DNA from: a virus
Lineage: Duplodnaviria > Caudoviricetes
Virus record (IMG/VR): IMGVR_UViG_3300042938_000869
Coordinates: 1-55,613 of that record
Strand: one strand, 5' to 3'
DNA length: 55,613 nucleotides
Shown here: one piece after another, positions 42,924-53,120 of the stretch
Layout: each line of letters starts with the position of its first letter
Numbering within the stretch: the first letter of the stretch is position 1
Translations under genes and position numbers: made by a program
The notes under the pieces: generated by a model
What the model was told of the DNA's origin: nothing
Databases searched by the model: none
What the model saw: the letters and a program-made list of their open reading frames with translations, nothing else

Positions 42924-45900
42924 TGTCTGGCGGCGGAAAAACTCAAACCTCCACATCTTCCGTACAGATTCCGCCGGAGGTGCTGGCTCGCTATAATGCG
43001 GTCAACGCAAGGGCCGAAAACGTAGCCTCAACGCCGTTTCAGGCATATTCCTACGACCCAAGTGCCTTTGTTGCGCCGATGACGGAAACGCAAAATGCGG
43101 CAATTGGCCAGATCGGGCAGGCGTCCGGCATGGCGCAGCCGTACTTCCAGACTGGTGCCGCAGCGACATTGGGGGGTATGGGCCCCGCCAATCTGGGCGA
43201 GCTCGACACCAACAAGTACATGAGCCCGTATCTGCAAAACGTGGTGCAGAGCACGGCGGACATTCTGGGTCAGCAAAACCGGCAGGATATGTCTGGCGCG
43301 CTTGGCACGGCCATCCAGTCAGGCGCTGGGTTTGGCGACCGGTCCGGCATTGCCGCTGCCAACCTGAACCGGCAGCAGATGATGGGCATGGGCAGCACCA
43401 TCGGCAACCTGCTCAATCAGGGCTACATGCAGGCTCAGGGCGTTGCCCAGCAGCAGCAGAGCGCCGACCTTGCGGCCCGGCAGGCGAACCTTGCCCGGCT
43501 GTTGCAGGGCGGGCAGAGCATCGGTCAGTTGGGTGCTGGCGCTCAGGGCGCCGCGCTGGCTGGAAGTCAGGCGCTTCTCGGCGCTGGCACGCAGCAGCAG
43601 CAGACTGAGCAGGCCGGTCTGTCGGCCCTCTACAACCAGTACCAGCAGGAACGCGCCTATCCGTTCCAAACCACTCAGTTCCTTGGCAACATTGGCATGG
43701 GCACTGGTGCGCTGTCCGGCGCAACCACGACGGAAACAAAACCCGCAGGGTTCTTCTCTGGCCTCAAGCGTGGCGGCAAGGTCGTCGAGGGCGTCGGCTA
43801 TCGGCGCGGCGGGATCGTCCCCGAGAGCATGGGCGGTCACGTCAGTGCAGGGCACATGGGCGAGGGCTACGCCGATGGCGGCTCCCCGCAGATGGACTAT
43901 GCCTCCATGGTCATACAGCAGCTTTTTGGCGGCATGGATCCGAATGCGGGGGCCTATGGGCGGGGCTCTGCGGGGATCGGCTCTGGCGGGTTTGTTCCGC
44001 AGGCGAACTTGCCGGTCGGCCAGCTGAATGCGCCCAAGATTTCGCAGAGCGCTCCGCAGACTTCCATCTCTGATTTGGTTGACACCGGTGGAAAGCTTTA
44101 TGAGGGCGCGGAAAACGTCGGAAAATGGTGGGAAGAGAACAATCCCTCGCCGCCTGTTATTGATGAAAACGACCCTCAATTCAAAAATTGGGACCGCGCT
44201 GCTGGCGGGCGCACAACGCGCACGGGGCTCGCCGCTGGCGGCATGCCTTATGACCCCCAGAATACGGGGTACGTGCCGGATAATGCTCCCAAGGAGACGC
44301 CGGAACTGCTTCAGCCGAAAGGCCCGAGCCAAACCCAGAGCGGGCTGAGCAAGGTTGCGGATATTGCTAAAATTGTTGGCGCGTTCATGGCCAACGGCGG
44401 CGTTGCCGGTCGGCATGGGTATGCAGGTGGTGGCCGTCCGGAACCCCTCACTTTGGATCAAGAACTGCTGGAGTATGCGCGCAGAAGGCCCGCGTCCGCG
44501 TTGTTCGATCCGGGTCCGCAGAACTTGCCGCCGGGACCGTTTTCGTACAATCCGAGTCAGCAGAGCTTACCACCGGGGGGCATAACTGTCCCCACTCCGC
44601 GTCAAGAGGTAGCGGAGCTTGCGCGCCAAAAAGCGGCGGCGGCTGAAGCGGAATTTCGGAGGCAGTTGCGCGCCGCTCCCTCAAATTTGGCCGTAGCCAC
44701 ACCGGCTGGCCTTTCCGCCGCTGATGCTGAGCGCATCCGGAGGGAGCACTACACCAGCGTTTATAAAACTCAGCCGGTCGAGCGGATCCTTCCAACTGCA
44801 GGCGATATGTTCCGTCGCAGCTTGGAGATAGCCCCCGAAAATTTGGCTGTAGCCACCCCTGCTGGCCTTTCTGCCGCTGATGCTGAGGGCATCCGGGGGG
44901 AGTACTATACCAGCCTTTATAAAACTCAGCCGGTTGAGCGGTTCAACGCTTTTGGAACGCCGGTGCCAGCGGGTGCGCCTGCAGACGCGGGGGCGATAGC
45001 GGCGACTGATGGCGGCCTGAAGCCAGCAGCGTCACCAGTGCGGGTTGTGGGGGCGCAGCCTGCTGCGACCGAATTCCCGATTGCCCCCTCTTGGACGCTC
45101 CCAGAGGTAACGGCCATCCCCACTGCCGCCGCTGAGACCCCGGACGGGCTTGCTGGCGCGGCATTGCCTGCACCTACCCCCGAGGGGCCAGCCGATCTTA
45201 CGAGCGGCGTGGCAAACGCTGCAGAGCCTATCGCCGGGGCGGAGCCGGGGCTGGCGGCTGGTACTGGGGCCGGGACGCCTACAGTCGCAACTGGAGATCG
45301 CGAGGCTTATTACGCAGCGATCAAGGCGGCTGAGAGCGGGAATAACCCCAACGCTCAGAGTAACACGTCATCTGCTTCTGGCTACTATGGGTTCACGGAC
45401 GGGACGTGGAGCGCGTTGGCGCAAAAGTATCCAGAGGCCGGTCTCACTGCTGACGGGAAGAACGATCCGGCGCAACAGGAGCGGGCAATCCGCCTATTGA
45501 CGGCGGAGAACGAACGCCAGCTTAAAAACGCCGGAATTCCCGCAACTAACGGCAATCTTTATGCTGCACATTTTCTTGGGGCAGGTGCCGCCCCAAGGGT
45601 GCTTAGTGCCCCAGACGGAGCAGCTATCGAAGGGCTGGTTCCGGCGTCCTACATCGCGGCCAATCCGTTTCTTAAAGGCATGACCGTTGGTGAGTTTAAG
45701 CAATGGACCAATGAAAAAAGCTCCGGCGGCGGTGGTGGCGGCGTCGGCACGCTTGGAGACGCAGCGATCACGTCCCCCGACGTAACCGACACCCGCCCCG
45801 ATGGCGGTCGCAACGATCAGCCTGCACCCGGCTTGGGCGGCAAGAACTTTTTTGAGAAGATGATCGATAAGGCTGGCGGCCCAGAGAACATCATCCTGCC

Positions 45901-47035
45901 GTTCCTGTCGGGGCTGGGGAAGATGGCTGGATCGCAGAGCCGGTTCCTCGGTACGGCCATCCTCGAGGGCGTGGGTGGCGGCGCCGAGGCTTATATGAAG
46001 CGTCAGGAACAGCTTGCTAACATCGGGATGACGGAAGCGACGACACGCGGTATCGATATCGAAAACGTCAAGAAAAGTCTTCAGGTTACCGCTCAGGGAA
46101 ATATCATGTGGACCGTCAAAGGCCCCATGAATGCTGTCGAATATTTCCGGCTTAGAGAGGAAGGAAAGGCGCCAGAAACTTTGGGTTATATTCCCGGCCA
46201 GCCGGACCAGAGCGGCACAAATGCGCCCAGCGGTGAAGCTGTTACGCCGCGCGGCACGGAACTTCCTGCAGGGATCAATTTTGGCGACAAATCTATGGAT
46301 TTCGCCAACAACGAACCTCTAGTAGCAAATGGATTGACCGGCGGTGCTGGGTACGAGTTGGCGCTCGAGGCCACTAAAACTTATCAAAGCGCCGTGACCG
46401 GCGCTGCGGCAGCGGCGAGAGACACTGACACATTGACCAGCGATATGGCGGTCAATTTGGCAGATGTAATTGCATCTGACCCGGGAATTTTGAGTTCTCC
46501 GGGTGCAGGGTTCGATGTGCGTGCCAATATCGCAAGCATCCTGAACACGACTGCTCGTGCGTTCAAACTTGATCTGAACTTTTCTCAGGCCGATGAGCAG
46601 GCAGACATCAGCAAGAAAATGCAGTATCTCTTTGCTGCATCGCGCGCTTCGGGGGCGGATCAAAGCTCGAATGCCACGTTTGAAGCCTTGGCAGCGGCCT
46701 TGCCAAACCCCAACATGCCGCCTGAAGCCATAGCTGAGCTTACGGCGTCTATGCTCGTCAACAATCAGCGCTCTAAGGCCCGCCAGTGGCACATGAACAA
46801 GTACAAGCAGAACTCGGGTGGCTTCCTCGCAGATGCGGGCTTTGCCTTTAATCAGGACAACCCCGCCACCGATGCCATGCAGGCAAAGGAGGCAATAAAG
46901 AATTTCATGTTGAAAGACCCCGACATATTTGCGGGGATTATGAAAGGCAAGTATACAGCGCAGGATGTTGATGAAATGTTCCAGCAGTCTGTCGGCATAC
47001 CGGGCATGAGCGGCTATTTGATGGGAAACATCTAA
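42923..47035 (+). CDS. Large internal virion/DNA-ejection protein with lytic transglycosylase-like domain
   Basis: MSGGGKTQTSTS start, YMSPYLQNV, Q/G/A-rich helices; IKAAESG.NPNA....SSASG.YGF..GTW...LYAAHFLG. Confidence 0.8.
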   Translation: MSGGGKTQTSTSSVQIPPEVLARYNAVNARAENVASTPFQAYSYDPSAFVAPMTETQNAAIGQIGQASGMAQPYFQTGAAATLGGMGPANLGELDTNKYMSPYLQNVVQSTADILGQQNRQDMSGALGTAIQSGAGFGDRSGIAAANLNRQQMMGMGSTIGNLLNQGYMQAQGVAQQQQSADLAARQANLARLLQGGQSIGQLGAGAQGAALAGSQALLGAGTQQQQTEQAGLSALYNQYQQERAYPFQTTQFLGNIGMGTGALSGATTTETKPAGFFSGLKRGGKVVEGVGYRRGGIVPESMGGHVSAGHMGEGYADGGSPQMDYASMVIQQLFGGMDPNAGAYGRGSAGIGSGGFVPQANLPVGQLNAPKISQSAPQTSISDLVDTGGKLYEGAENVGKWWEENNPSPPVIDENDPQFKNWDRAAGGRTTRTGLAAGGMPYDPQNTGYVPDNAPKETPELLQPKGPSQTQSGLSKVADIAKIVGAFMANGGVAGRHGYAGGGRPEPLTLDQELLEYARRRPASALFDPGPQNLPPGPFSYNPSQQSLPPGGITVPTPRQEVAELARQKAAAAEAEFRRQLRAAPSNLAVATPAGLSAADAERIRREHYTSVYKTQPVERILPTAGDMFRRSLEIAPENLAVATPAGLSAADAEGIRGEYYTSLYKTQPVERFNAFGTPVPAGAPADAGAIAATDGGLKPAASPVRVVGAQPAATEFPIAPSWTLPEVTAIPTAAAETPDGLAGAALPAPTPEGPADLTSGVANAAEPIAGAEPGLAAGTGAGTPTVATGDREAYYAAIKAAESGNNPNAQSNTSSASGYYGFTDGTWSALAQKYPEAGLTADGKNDPAQQERAIRLLTAENERQLKNAGIPATNGNLYAAHFLGAGAAPRVLSAPDGAAIEGLVPASYIAANPFLKGMTVGEFKQWTNEKSSGGGGGGVGTLGDAAITSPDVTDTRPDGGRNDQPAPGLGGKNFFEKMIDKAGGPENIILPFLSGLGKMAGSQSRFLGTAILEGVGGGAEAYMKRQEQLANIGMTEATTRGIDIENVKKSLQVTAQGNIMWTVKGPMNAVEYFRLREEGKAPETLGYIPGQPDQSGTNAPSGEAVTPRGTELPAGINFGDKSMDFANNEPLVANGLTGGAGYELALEATKTYQSAVTGAAAAARDTDTLTSDMAVNLADVIASDPGILSSPGAGFDVRANIASILNTTARAFKLDLNFSQADEQADISKKMQYLFAASRASGADQSSNATFEALAAALPNPNMPPEAIAELTASMLVNNQRSKARQWHMNKYKQNSGGFLADAGFAFNQDNPATDAMQAKEAIKNFMLKDPDIFAGIMKGKYTAQDVDEMFQQSVGIPGMSGYLMGNI
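44683..44941 (+). repeat. Intragenic ~103-bp imperfect direct repeat (156-bp period)
   Basis: 44683-44785 and 44839-44941 encode NLAVATPAGLSAADAE.IR.E.YTS.YKTQPVER. Confidence 0.9.
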
Positions 47036-48964
47036 ATGGCTGGCGAAAATCCATTGCTGAATAGCAATTTCTTCAAGGAGGCTATGCGCCTCAAGGAAGA
47101 AGGCAAAAATCCATTGATGGACATGGGGGGCGAAAAAACCTCGCGCCCCATTGAAGAAGCCGCACCAGCCGCCGCACCCGGATCCGCTGCCCCTGCTTCC
47201 GCCGCGCCAGATGCCGGGCGCCCAGACTTCAAAAACATGAGCATTGGCGAAAGGGCAAACATGAGCATTGGCGAAAAGGCCATGCTTACTATGCAGAATG
47301 TCCCGGAAAGTTTCAGCAAGAATACTGGTGACATCGCGTATGCCGTAACCAACCCCGTAGAAACTGCCGGTGCCCTTTGGAACGTCGGCGAAGGCGCTGT
47401 TTCGAAGGCGGCTGGCGCGCTTGGGTTTGAGCAGGACAAAGCTCAAAAAGCTAAAACCGAAGGTGCTCTGGACGCATCCATCTCGGGCCTCGCCGAAAGG
47501 TTTGGGTCTTGGGAGGGGTTTGAGGAAGCACTTATTACCGATCCAATTGGTGTTCTTATGGATCTTGGAACATTCATCCCATTGGCTGGTGCAGGCGCTA
47601 AAGCTGCGGGGCTGGCCAAGGCAGCCAAAGTCTTGGATACGGCAAAATACCTTGACCCTCTGACCGCCGCCGGAGCCGCCACGAACGCTGTGATGACACC
47701 TGTGCTGGGTACCGCAAAGCATGCTCTTGGTGTGTCCACAGGGACCGGAAAGTCGGTTCTTGATCAAGTTCAAGAGGCAGGCAGAAGCGCCGATCCAAAT
47801 CGTAGGGCCGCTGTGAGCGATTTCGCTCGTGGATCGGGAGACCCAAAAGAAATCATCAATGACGCTCTCCGTGCAGCTAACGAGGGCGATCTGGCTGCCA
47901 AGGCTGAATTTAGGCAGCGCCTTGGCCAGTTGGCACAAGACCCTCTACCGACCACTGCCGTAACAGATGCGCTTCAGAAGGCCCGGGACGGAATTAGCAT
48001 ATCTACTGACCCTAGAACCGGCCTACCAATTGTCCCTGCTGCATATAAATTGGAGCTTGATGCTATTGAAGGTGCCGAAGGGATGCTTCGGAACCATGGG
48101 AACTTTACACCCGAAGGCATGCATGAGTTAAAAGTTGCAATCAATCAGTATTTTAACGATATGGGGGTTGCTCAAGGCCGCTCCAAATCGGGTTTGATGG
48201 GGGGAATCCCTGACGCCATCAAAAAGACGATCAATAGGGTCGACCCCAAATACCAAGAGGCCATGGATTTTTGGGTAGATTACAAGGATAGGATCCGCAA
48301 TCTTTCTGCTGGTTTGGGCCAAAACTCTCGCGCTGGAAGCGCGACCCAGCTTGCGAAAATGATGAAGGAAATGAAGAAGGGCAAAACGCCTCTTCTTGAT
48401 ATCCTCTCTAAATATCCGTCTGGAAAGTATCTGAAGGACAAGCTGGCCGGCGCGTCCATACACGAGCTTTTCCCGAATTGGTTCCAGCAGGCCAATCCGT
48501 TGCTGCAAACTTTGGGCGGCGTCGGCGTCGGCACTGGCGCGGTCCTTGGCATGGTGCCGCATGTTGCGGGTACGATGGCAGCTTCATCCCCTCGCCTAGT
48601 TGGCAGCGCCATGTACGGCGCAGGGGCGGCCCAACGCGCTGGCAAGGTCGCTGCTGACGTGCTGAGAACCCCGACATGGGCAGCCTCCACTCTCGGCGAA
48701 CTCGCGCAAGAACAGTCTGAAGAAAACCCGATCATCAAGACCGAGGCAACACCCGTGCAGAGCGTGCAGGGCAGTATGTTTGCCGGTGGGCGTATCGGGC
48801 GCCGGAGCGGTGGCCGCGTGGGCAATCCGGGGTCTGTTGCGGAAAAGCTTATTAGGGCTGCGGAGCAGGCGAAAAACAGGCATAGTGACGGGACCAGCCC
48901 GCTGCTGAACGTTCCAGATGAGGCCATCACCAAGGCCCTCGCAATTGCGAATGAGAAGATCTGA
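47036..48964 (+). CDS. Internal virion/DNA-ejection protein
   Basis: Ala/Gly-rich helical protein, SSPRLVG, C-terminal MFAGG/RRSGG plus terminal helix; 24-bp tandem repeat at 47233-47280. Confidence 0.7.
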   Translation: MAGENPLLNSNFFKEAMRLKEEGKNPLMDMGGEKTSRPIEEAAPAAAPGSAAPASAAPDAGRPDFKNMSIGERANMSIGEKAMLTMQNVPESFSKNTGDIAYAVTNPVETAGALWNVGEGAVSKAAGALGFEQDKAQKAKTEGALDASISGLAERFGSWEGFEEALITDPIGVLMDLGTFIPLAGAGAKAAGLAKAAKVLDTAKYLDPLTAAGAATNAVMTPVLGTAKHALGVSTGTGKSVLDQVQEAGRSADPNRRAAVSDFARGSGDPKEIINDALRAANEGDLAAKAEFRQRLGQLAQDPLPTTAVTDALQKARDGISISTDPRTGLPIVPAAYKLELDAIEGAEGMLRNHGNFTPEGMHELKVAINQYFNDMGVAQGRSKSGLMGGIPDAIKKTINRVDPKYQEAMDFWVDYKDRIRNLSAGLGQNSRAGSATQLAKMMKEMKKGKTPLLDILSKYPSGKYLKDKLAGASIHELFPNWFQQANPLLQTLGGVGVGTGAVLGMVPHVAGTMAASSPRLVGSAMYGAGAAQRAGKVAADVLRTPTWAASTLGELAQEQSEENPIIKTEATPVQSVQGSMFAGGRIGRRSGGRVGNPGSVAEKLIRAAEQAKNRHSDGTSPLLNVPDEAITKALAIANEKI

Positions 48965-50712
48965 TGAGCAATAGCATCACCGCCAACAAGAACCTTGTCA
49001 TCCAGACGTACAACACGGCTGATGGCACCCTGCCGACCAGCGCAGTTTTGACCTCTGGGCTGACCTCCGGAACCGCCTACACCACGTGGGATGTGCCGGA
49101 GAATTACAACGCGGCAGCGCTCGATGTGGTGCTGGGTGGCACGGCCACGGTTTCCGTGACTGGCGCGTCCGGCACTGTGGCGCTTACTGCCGACAAGTAC
49201 CAGCCTATGGTCCTGCTGTTCACCGGAACGCTGACTGCCAGCGTGATCTACACGATCCCGTCCGGTGTAGGTGGCACATGGGTCGTCCGAAACAGCACGA
49301 CCGGCAGTTTTACCATTACGCTGTCGAGCCTGACCGCTGGGGCGAGCGCCACCTTTGCTGTGCCGCAGGACGGGCTCCCGTACACAGTTAGCTTGATCGC
49401 AGTGAGCGGCGGTGGCTTTTATATCGGCACGATCACCGATGGCTCGATCACTACGGCGAAGATTGCGGATAGCGCGGTCACTACTGCCAAAATCGCGGAC
49501 AGCGCGGTCACTACGGCCAAGCTCAACAATTACTCGATCACAAACACCAAGCTCCTTCCGAGCGTGATCAATGGCCTGTCTGCGAAAACCACTCTGGCAA
49601 ACGATGATGAGTTTTCGATCTACGACAGCGCCGCTGTCGTCGCCATTTCAACTATCACAATGACCGGCGGTGGCCCGACCTATACGGCTACGGCAACGAC
49701 CGCTGCATCTCATGGGTTGAGCAATGGCGATTCCCTGACGATCTCCGGAGCCACCGGCAACACGTCGGTCAACGGCGTGTTCACAATCACGGTCACCAGT
49801 ACGACCCAGTTTACGTATACGGCGACATCTAACGCAGCCGTCACGGGCTCGCCGGTCTACATACTGAACCCCGGCCTGAAGAAAATCACCTACGCAAATG
49901 TCGCAAGCGCGATGGCGGCTAGCCTCGTAAACACGTTTGCACCCACGCCGGGATATTTGTTTGGTCTTGTTCTTTCAAATAATTCTACGGACGCAACTAA
50001 CGATATCGACGTTTCAGTCGGCGTTACGGTAGACAACACCACCATGGCGAAGATCAGCGTAAGCGCCATCACGAAAAGGCTTGATGCAAATTGGGCCCCC
50101 GGGAACAACAACGGGGGGCGATACTCTGGAGCGGCTATTGCCAACACCACCTACCATGTGTGGGCTGTAGCGCAGACGGACGGATCTGGCGGAGACATCT
50201 ATCTCGATCCCAGCGCGGTTCGATCTACGGTTTTGTCTCATATTCAGGCCGAAGCCGGAGGCTCGCTGTATACCAACGCGCGGCGCATCGGGTCGGTCGT
50301 GCGCGCCAGCGGCGCCATCCGCGCGTTCATCCAGTACGGGGATAATTTTCTCTGGAGCGTGCCCACAGATGACTTCAACGGCACCCCAGCCACCAGCGCG
50401 ACGACGCTGGCGCTTACGCTTCCGACCGGGGTAGTGGTAACGGCGCAGTTGTCGCTTCAGCTTGGGACTACCGTCAGCAATATCGACAGCAAGGTGCTCG
50501 TCACCGCCCTTGCACAGGCTGACACTGACCCGGCATCGATCTATCAGGTTGCAGTGCGAACAGCAGGCGATAACCGAGGGTACGGCAGCGCCGCAACGGT
50601 TCTGGTGCCGACCGATACTTCAGCGCAAGTTAGATATCGTCGGTCGGGAAGCTCCGCCACGCTGTCGCTGCAGACGTTTGGTTGGTTCGATACACGAGGC
50701 CAAACTCAGTAA
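48964..50712 (+). CDS. Tail fibre
   Basis: FTGTLTA.V..TIPS.V.G.WVV.N.T.G.F, TTAKIADSAV repeats, LSNN.TDATNDID, TKRLDA.W..G, RRIGS, GW.D.RG. Confidence 0.8.
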   Translation: MSNSITANKNLVIQTYNTADGTLPTSAVLTSGLTSGTAYTTWDVPENYNAAALDVVLGGTATVSVTGASGTVALTADKYQPMVLLFTGTLTASVIYTIPSGVGGTWVVRNSTTGSFTITLSSLTAGASATFAVPQDGLPYTVSLIAVSGGGFYIGTITDGSITTAKIADSAVTTAKIADSAVTTAKLNNYSITNTKLLPSVINGLSAKTTLANDDEFSIYDSAAVVAISTITMTGGGPTYTATATTAASHGLSNGDSLTISGATGNTSVNGVFTITVTSTTQFTYTATSNAAVTGSPVYILNPGLKKITYANVASAMAASLVNTFAPTPGYLFGLVLSNNSTDATNDIDVSVGVTVDNTTMAKISVSAITKRLDANWAPGNNNGGRYSGAAIANTTYHVWAVAQTDGSGGDIYLDPSAVRSTVLSHIQAEAGGSLYTNARRIGSVVRASGAIRAFIQYGDNFLWSVPTDDFNGTPATSATTLALTLPTGVVVTAQLSLQLGTTVSNIDSKVLVTALAQADTDPASIYQVAVRTAGDNRGYGSAATVLVPTDTSAQVRYRRSGSSATLSLQTFGWFDTRGQTQ

Positions 50713-50733
50713 CTAATATTTTACTGAAAACCC

Positions 50734-51138
50734 TTAAATCTCCTCGATCTGGACGACGGTGCGGGCAGCGCTCTCACCGTCATACATTTTCAGCACCCGG
50801 CCATCCACAACAAGCGCGTCGTCCACGTAGACGATGCCGTTGAGGCTATCCCCCACCAGCTTCGCGACGTTGTCCCAGTCGGGCCTGCTGGCCCTGTAAT
50901 GGGCCTCTGCGCGCTTCTTCTGGCTCATCGTCTTGGGATGGGGCCAGTAGGCGTGGATTACCATGCGGACCGGCTTATCGAAGGGAGCCGTGCCGCTCAT
51001 TGCATCATAGGCGATGGTCTGGATGACCGACATGGCCTGCCGCTGTTTACCCGGGGTGAAATGGATCTTCCCATGGGTGCGGGCGCGGGCCCATGCCGTC
51101 GGGATTCCGGGGATGGTAAAAATGATGCTGCGCGTCAC
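50734..51138 (-). CDS. rusA: RusA-family Holliday junction resolvase
   Basis: FTIPG.P....R.R; RPDWDNVAKLVGDSLNGIVYVDD..VV. Confidence 0.9.
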   Translation of the reverse strand: MTRSIIFTIPGIPTAWARARTHGKIHFTPGKQRQAMSVIQTIAYDAMSGTAPFDKPVRMVIHAYWPHPKTMSQKKRAEAHYRASRPDWDNVAKLVGDSLNGIVYVDDALVVDGRVLKMYDGESAARTVVQIEEI

Positions 51139-52778
51139 GCTGGCACTCCTGCTTTTTCGTACTCAACGGCCTGAACGACCGTAAACCCATTTTCCTCTCC
51201 CACCTTGATGATGGCAGGCTTCTTCAGTTCGTCGAAGCGGTCCAGCGCATGCTGGCTGTTCTCTGGAATGTACCTGCCGCCACCTGCCCGCAGCCAGAAG
51301 CGCTCGGCGTTGGTGCGAGGGAACGAGCCCATGGGATGAGAGAAGCAGATCCACTGGCTGACTTTCCGCCGGTTATTGCCCAATGTGTATGTCAGCTTCA
51401 GTGTTGGCGGCTTCCCGATCTTGAAGTGAATGGACGGCGTTACGTATCGCACTACATCCCACCCGGTGGCGATCATGGCAGGGGTGAGCATCTTTCGCGC
51501 CTTGCTATTTGACAGGATGTCCACATTCATGGGCCGGTCATCGTGTTTCGGCTCCATGTCGCGCTCCCATGCGTGCCCACAATGCGGACACTCCATCAGG
51601 CTGATGTGGACGTATGCCTGACACGCCGGGCATACCTTTACTGGGGGCTCTCCGGGCTCTGCTGCTTTCTTCTTGTCCTTGGTCTCCACCATGTCGACCG
51701 GGCCATGGCGCATGACGTTCCCCGCAAAATCGAGGATTAGACAATCGCGCTTGCCCGGCGCCTTGCGGAACCCGCGCCCAACTTGCTGGATGTAGAGGCC
51801 CGGGCTTTCCGTAGGCCTCAGTAGGGCGATCAGATCAACGTGTGGGACGTTGAAGCCGATGGACAGCACATTGACCGAGGTCAGGGCCTTGATGGCACCA
51901 GCGCGAAAATTGGCGATCAGGCGCTCACGCTCCTTCTTCGGAGTATTGCCGTCTATCTCCTCGGCGGAGATGCCAAGGTCACGCAGAGCATCCCGTACGG
52001 CAATGGCGTGATCGACCCCGGAGCAAAAGCAGAGCCACGCTCGCCGGTTGGCGCCACGCGCCACAATCTCAGTGGCGGCGCGCTTCACCAGATCGTCAGC
52101 CATGGCTGCGCGCTCCAGCTCGCCAGCGATAAACTCGCCACCGCGCCTGTGTACGCCTTTGGTGTTGATCTCTGCCTCGGTGGCCTTCGATACCAGTGGC
52201 GACAGATACCCCTGCTCGATCAGATCTGCGACGTCGGCCTCATAGACGATCTTCTCAAACATGGCGTCATCGCCAGTGTCGAGGCGACCGCTGTCGAGGC
52301 GGTACGGGGTAGCCGTCAGCCCAAGCAGGCGCATGTCAGGGTAGACATTCCGCAGATCGGCAAAGAACTTGCCGTACATGCTCGATGCCTTCCTCGAAAT
52401 AAGGTGCGCCTCGTCTATGAGCGTTAAATCGAATTTCCCCAGCTTCTCGACCTTGTCGTAAACCGACTGGATGCCGCAAAAAATGATCGGGTTCGTGGTG
52501 TCCCGCCGACCGACGCTGGCCGAGAAAATGCCTGCCGGTGCCTCCGGCCAGATGTTCAGCAGTTCGGCGTGGTTCTGCTCGATCAGTTCCTTGCTATGCG
52601 TGATCACGCATACCCGCATTAGCGGATAGTCGTGCAATAGCTCCTGCAGGAATTGGGCGATGATCAGGGACTTGCCGCCGCCGGTCGGGATGACGATCAG
52701 GCCATCGCCGCCGCCATCAAACCAGTGGGCGTACGTGCTATTGATGCTTTCGCGCTGGTATGGCCGAAGTTCAAGCAT
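51135..52778 (-). CDS. SF2 DEAH helicase (RadD/YejH-like) with C-terminal Zn finger
   Basis: LRPYQ, PTGGGKS, IDEAH, GLTATP, QQVGRG.R, CPAC...CPHCG. Confidence 0.92.
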   Translation of the reverse strand: MLELRPYQRESINSTYAHWFDGGGDGLIVIPTGGGKSLIIAQFLQELLHDYPLMRVCVITHSKELIEQNHAELLNIWPEAPAGIFSASVGRRDTTNPIIFCGIQSVYDKVEKLGKFDLTLIDEAHLISRKASSMYGKFFADLRNVYPDMRLLGLTATPYRLDSGRLDTGDDAMFEKIVYEADVADLIEQGYLSPLVSKATEAEINTKGVHRRGGEFIAGELERAAMADDLVKRAATEIVARGANRRAWLCFCSGVDHAIAVRDALRDLGISAEEIDGNTPKKERERLIANFRAGAIKALTSVNVLSIGFNVPHVDLIALLRPTESPGLYIQQVGRGFRKAPGKRDCLILDFAGNVMRHGPVDMVETKDKKKAAEPGEPPVKVCPACQAYVHISLMECPHCGHAWERDMEPKHDDRPMNVDILSNSKARKMLTPAMIATGWDVVRYVTPSIHFKIGKPPTLKLTYTLGNNRRKVSQWICFSHPMGSFPRTNAERFWLRAGGGRYIPENSQHALDRFDELKKPAIIKVGEENGFTVVQAVEYEKAGVPA

Positions 52779-53106
52779 TGCCTTTGTCCCACAATTCACA
52801 CAAGGTTATGAGATTGACAGTTTGATCATCAAGAATTCTGTAAATTGATTTTCTGCTAGAGCCGAGATCGACCGCCTGATTTATTACAGACAAAAACAAA
52901 TTTCTTGCCTCTGGTATTTGGTAAATTTCTCTTTTGTCTTCGTCCCATGTTGACGAACACAACATAACTTTTCCTTTTTTTCCTAAAGAGAATTTTTCTC
53001 CATCTTTATTGGTCCAGCTTCCTTTGGCTGCTGTGGACAGAAGAGCAGAAGACCAGTCCTTGCTTTTCTCATCTATTTCAATAACAAAAAGTGCTACTTC
53101 TTTCAT
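52771..53106 (-). CDS. AT-rich hypothetical protein
   Basis: GGAGAG RBS; visibly lower GC than its neighbours. Confidence 0.65.
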   Translation of the reverse strand: MKEVALFVIEIDEKSKDWSSALLSTAAKGSWTNKDGEKFSLGKKGKVMLCSSTWDEDKREIYQIPEARNLFLSVINQAVDLGSSRKSIYRILDDQTVNLITLCELWDKGNA

Positions 53107-53120
53107 TTCTCTCTCTCCAG

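Noticed and set aside
44683-44941. Repeat pair as a diversity-generating retroelement TR/VR
   Set aside because: No reverse transcriptase is present, mismatches are not adenine-specific, and both copies are in-frame within one gene.
49440-49525. TTAKIADSAV tandem repeats, and the PEPEPE tail near 33970-34014
   Set aside because: These are common fibre-shaft and low-complexity linker repeats, explained by the host genes.
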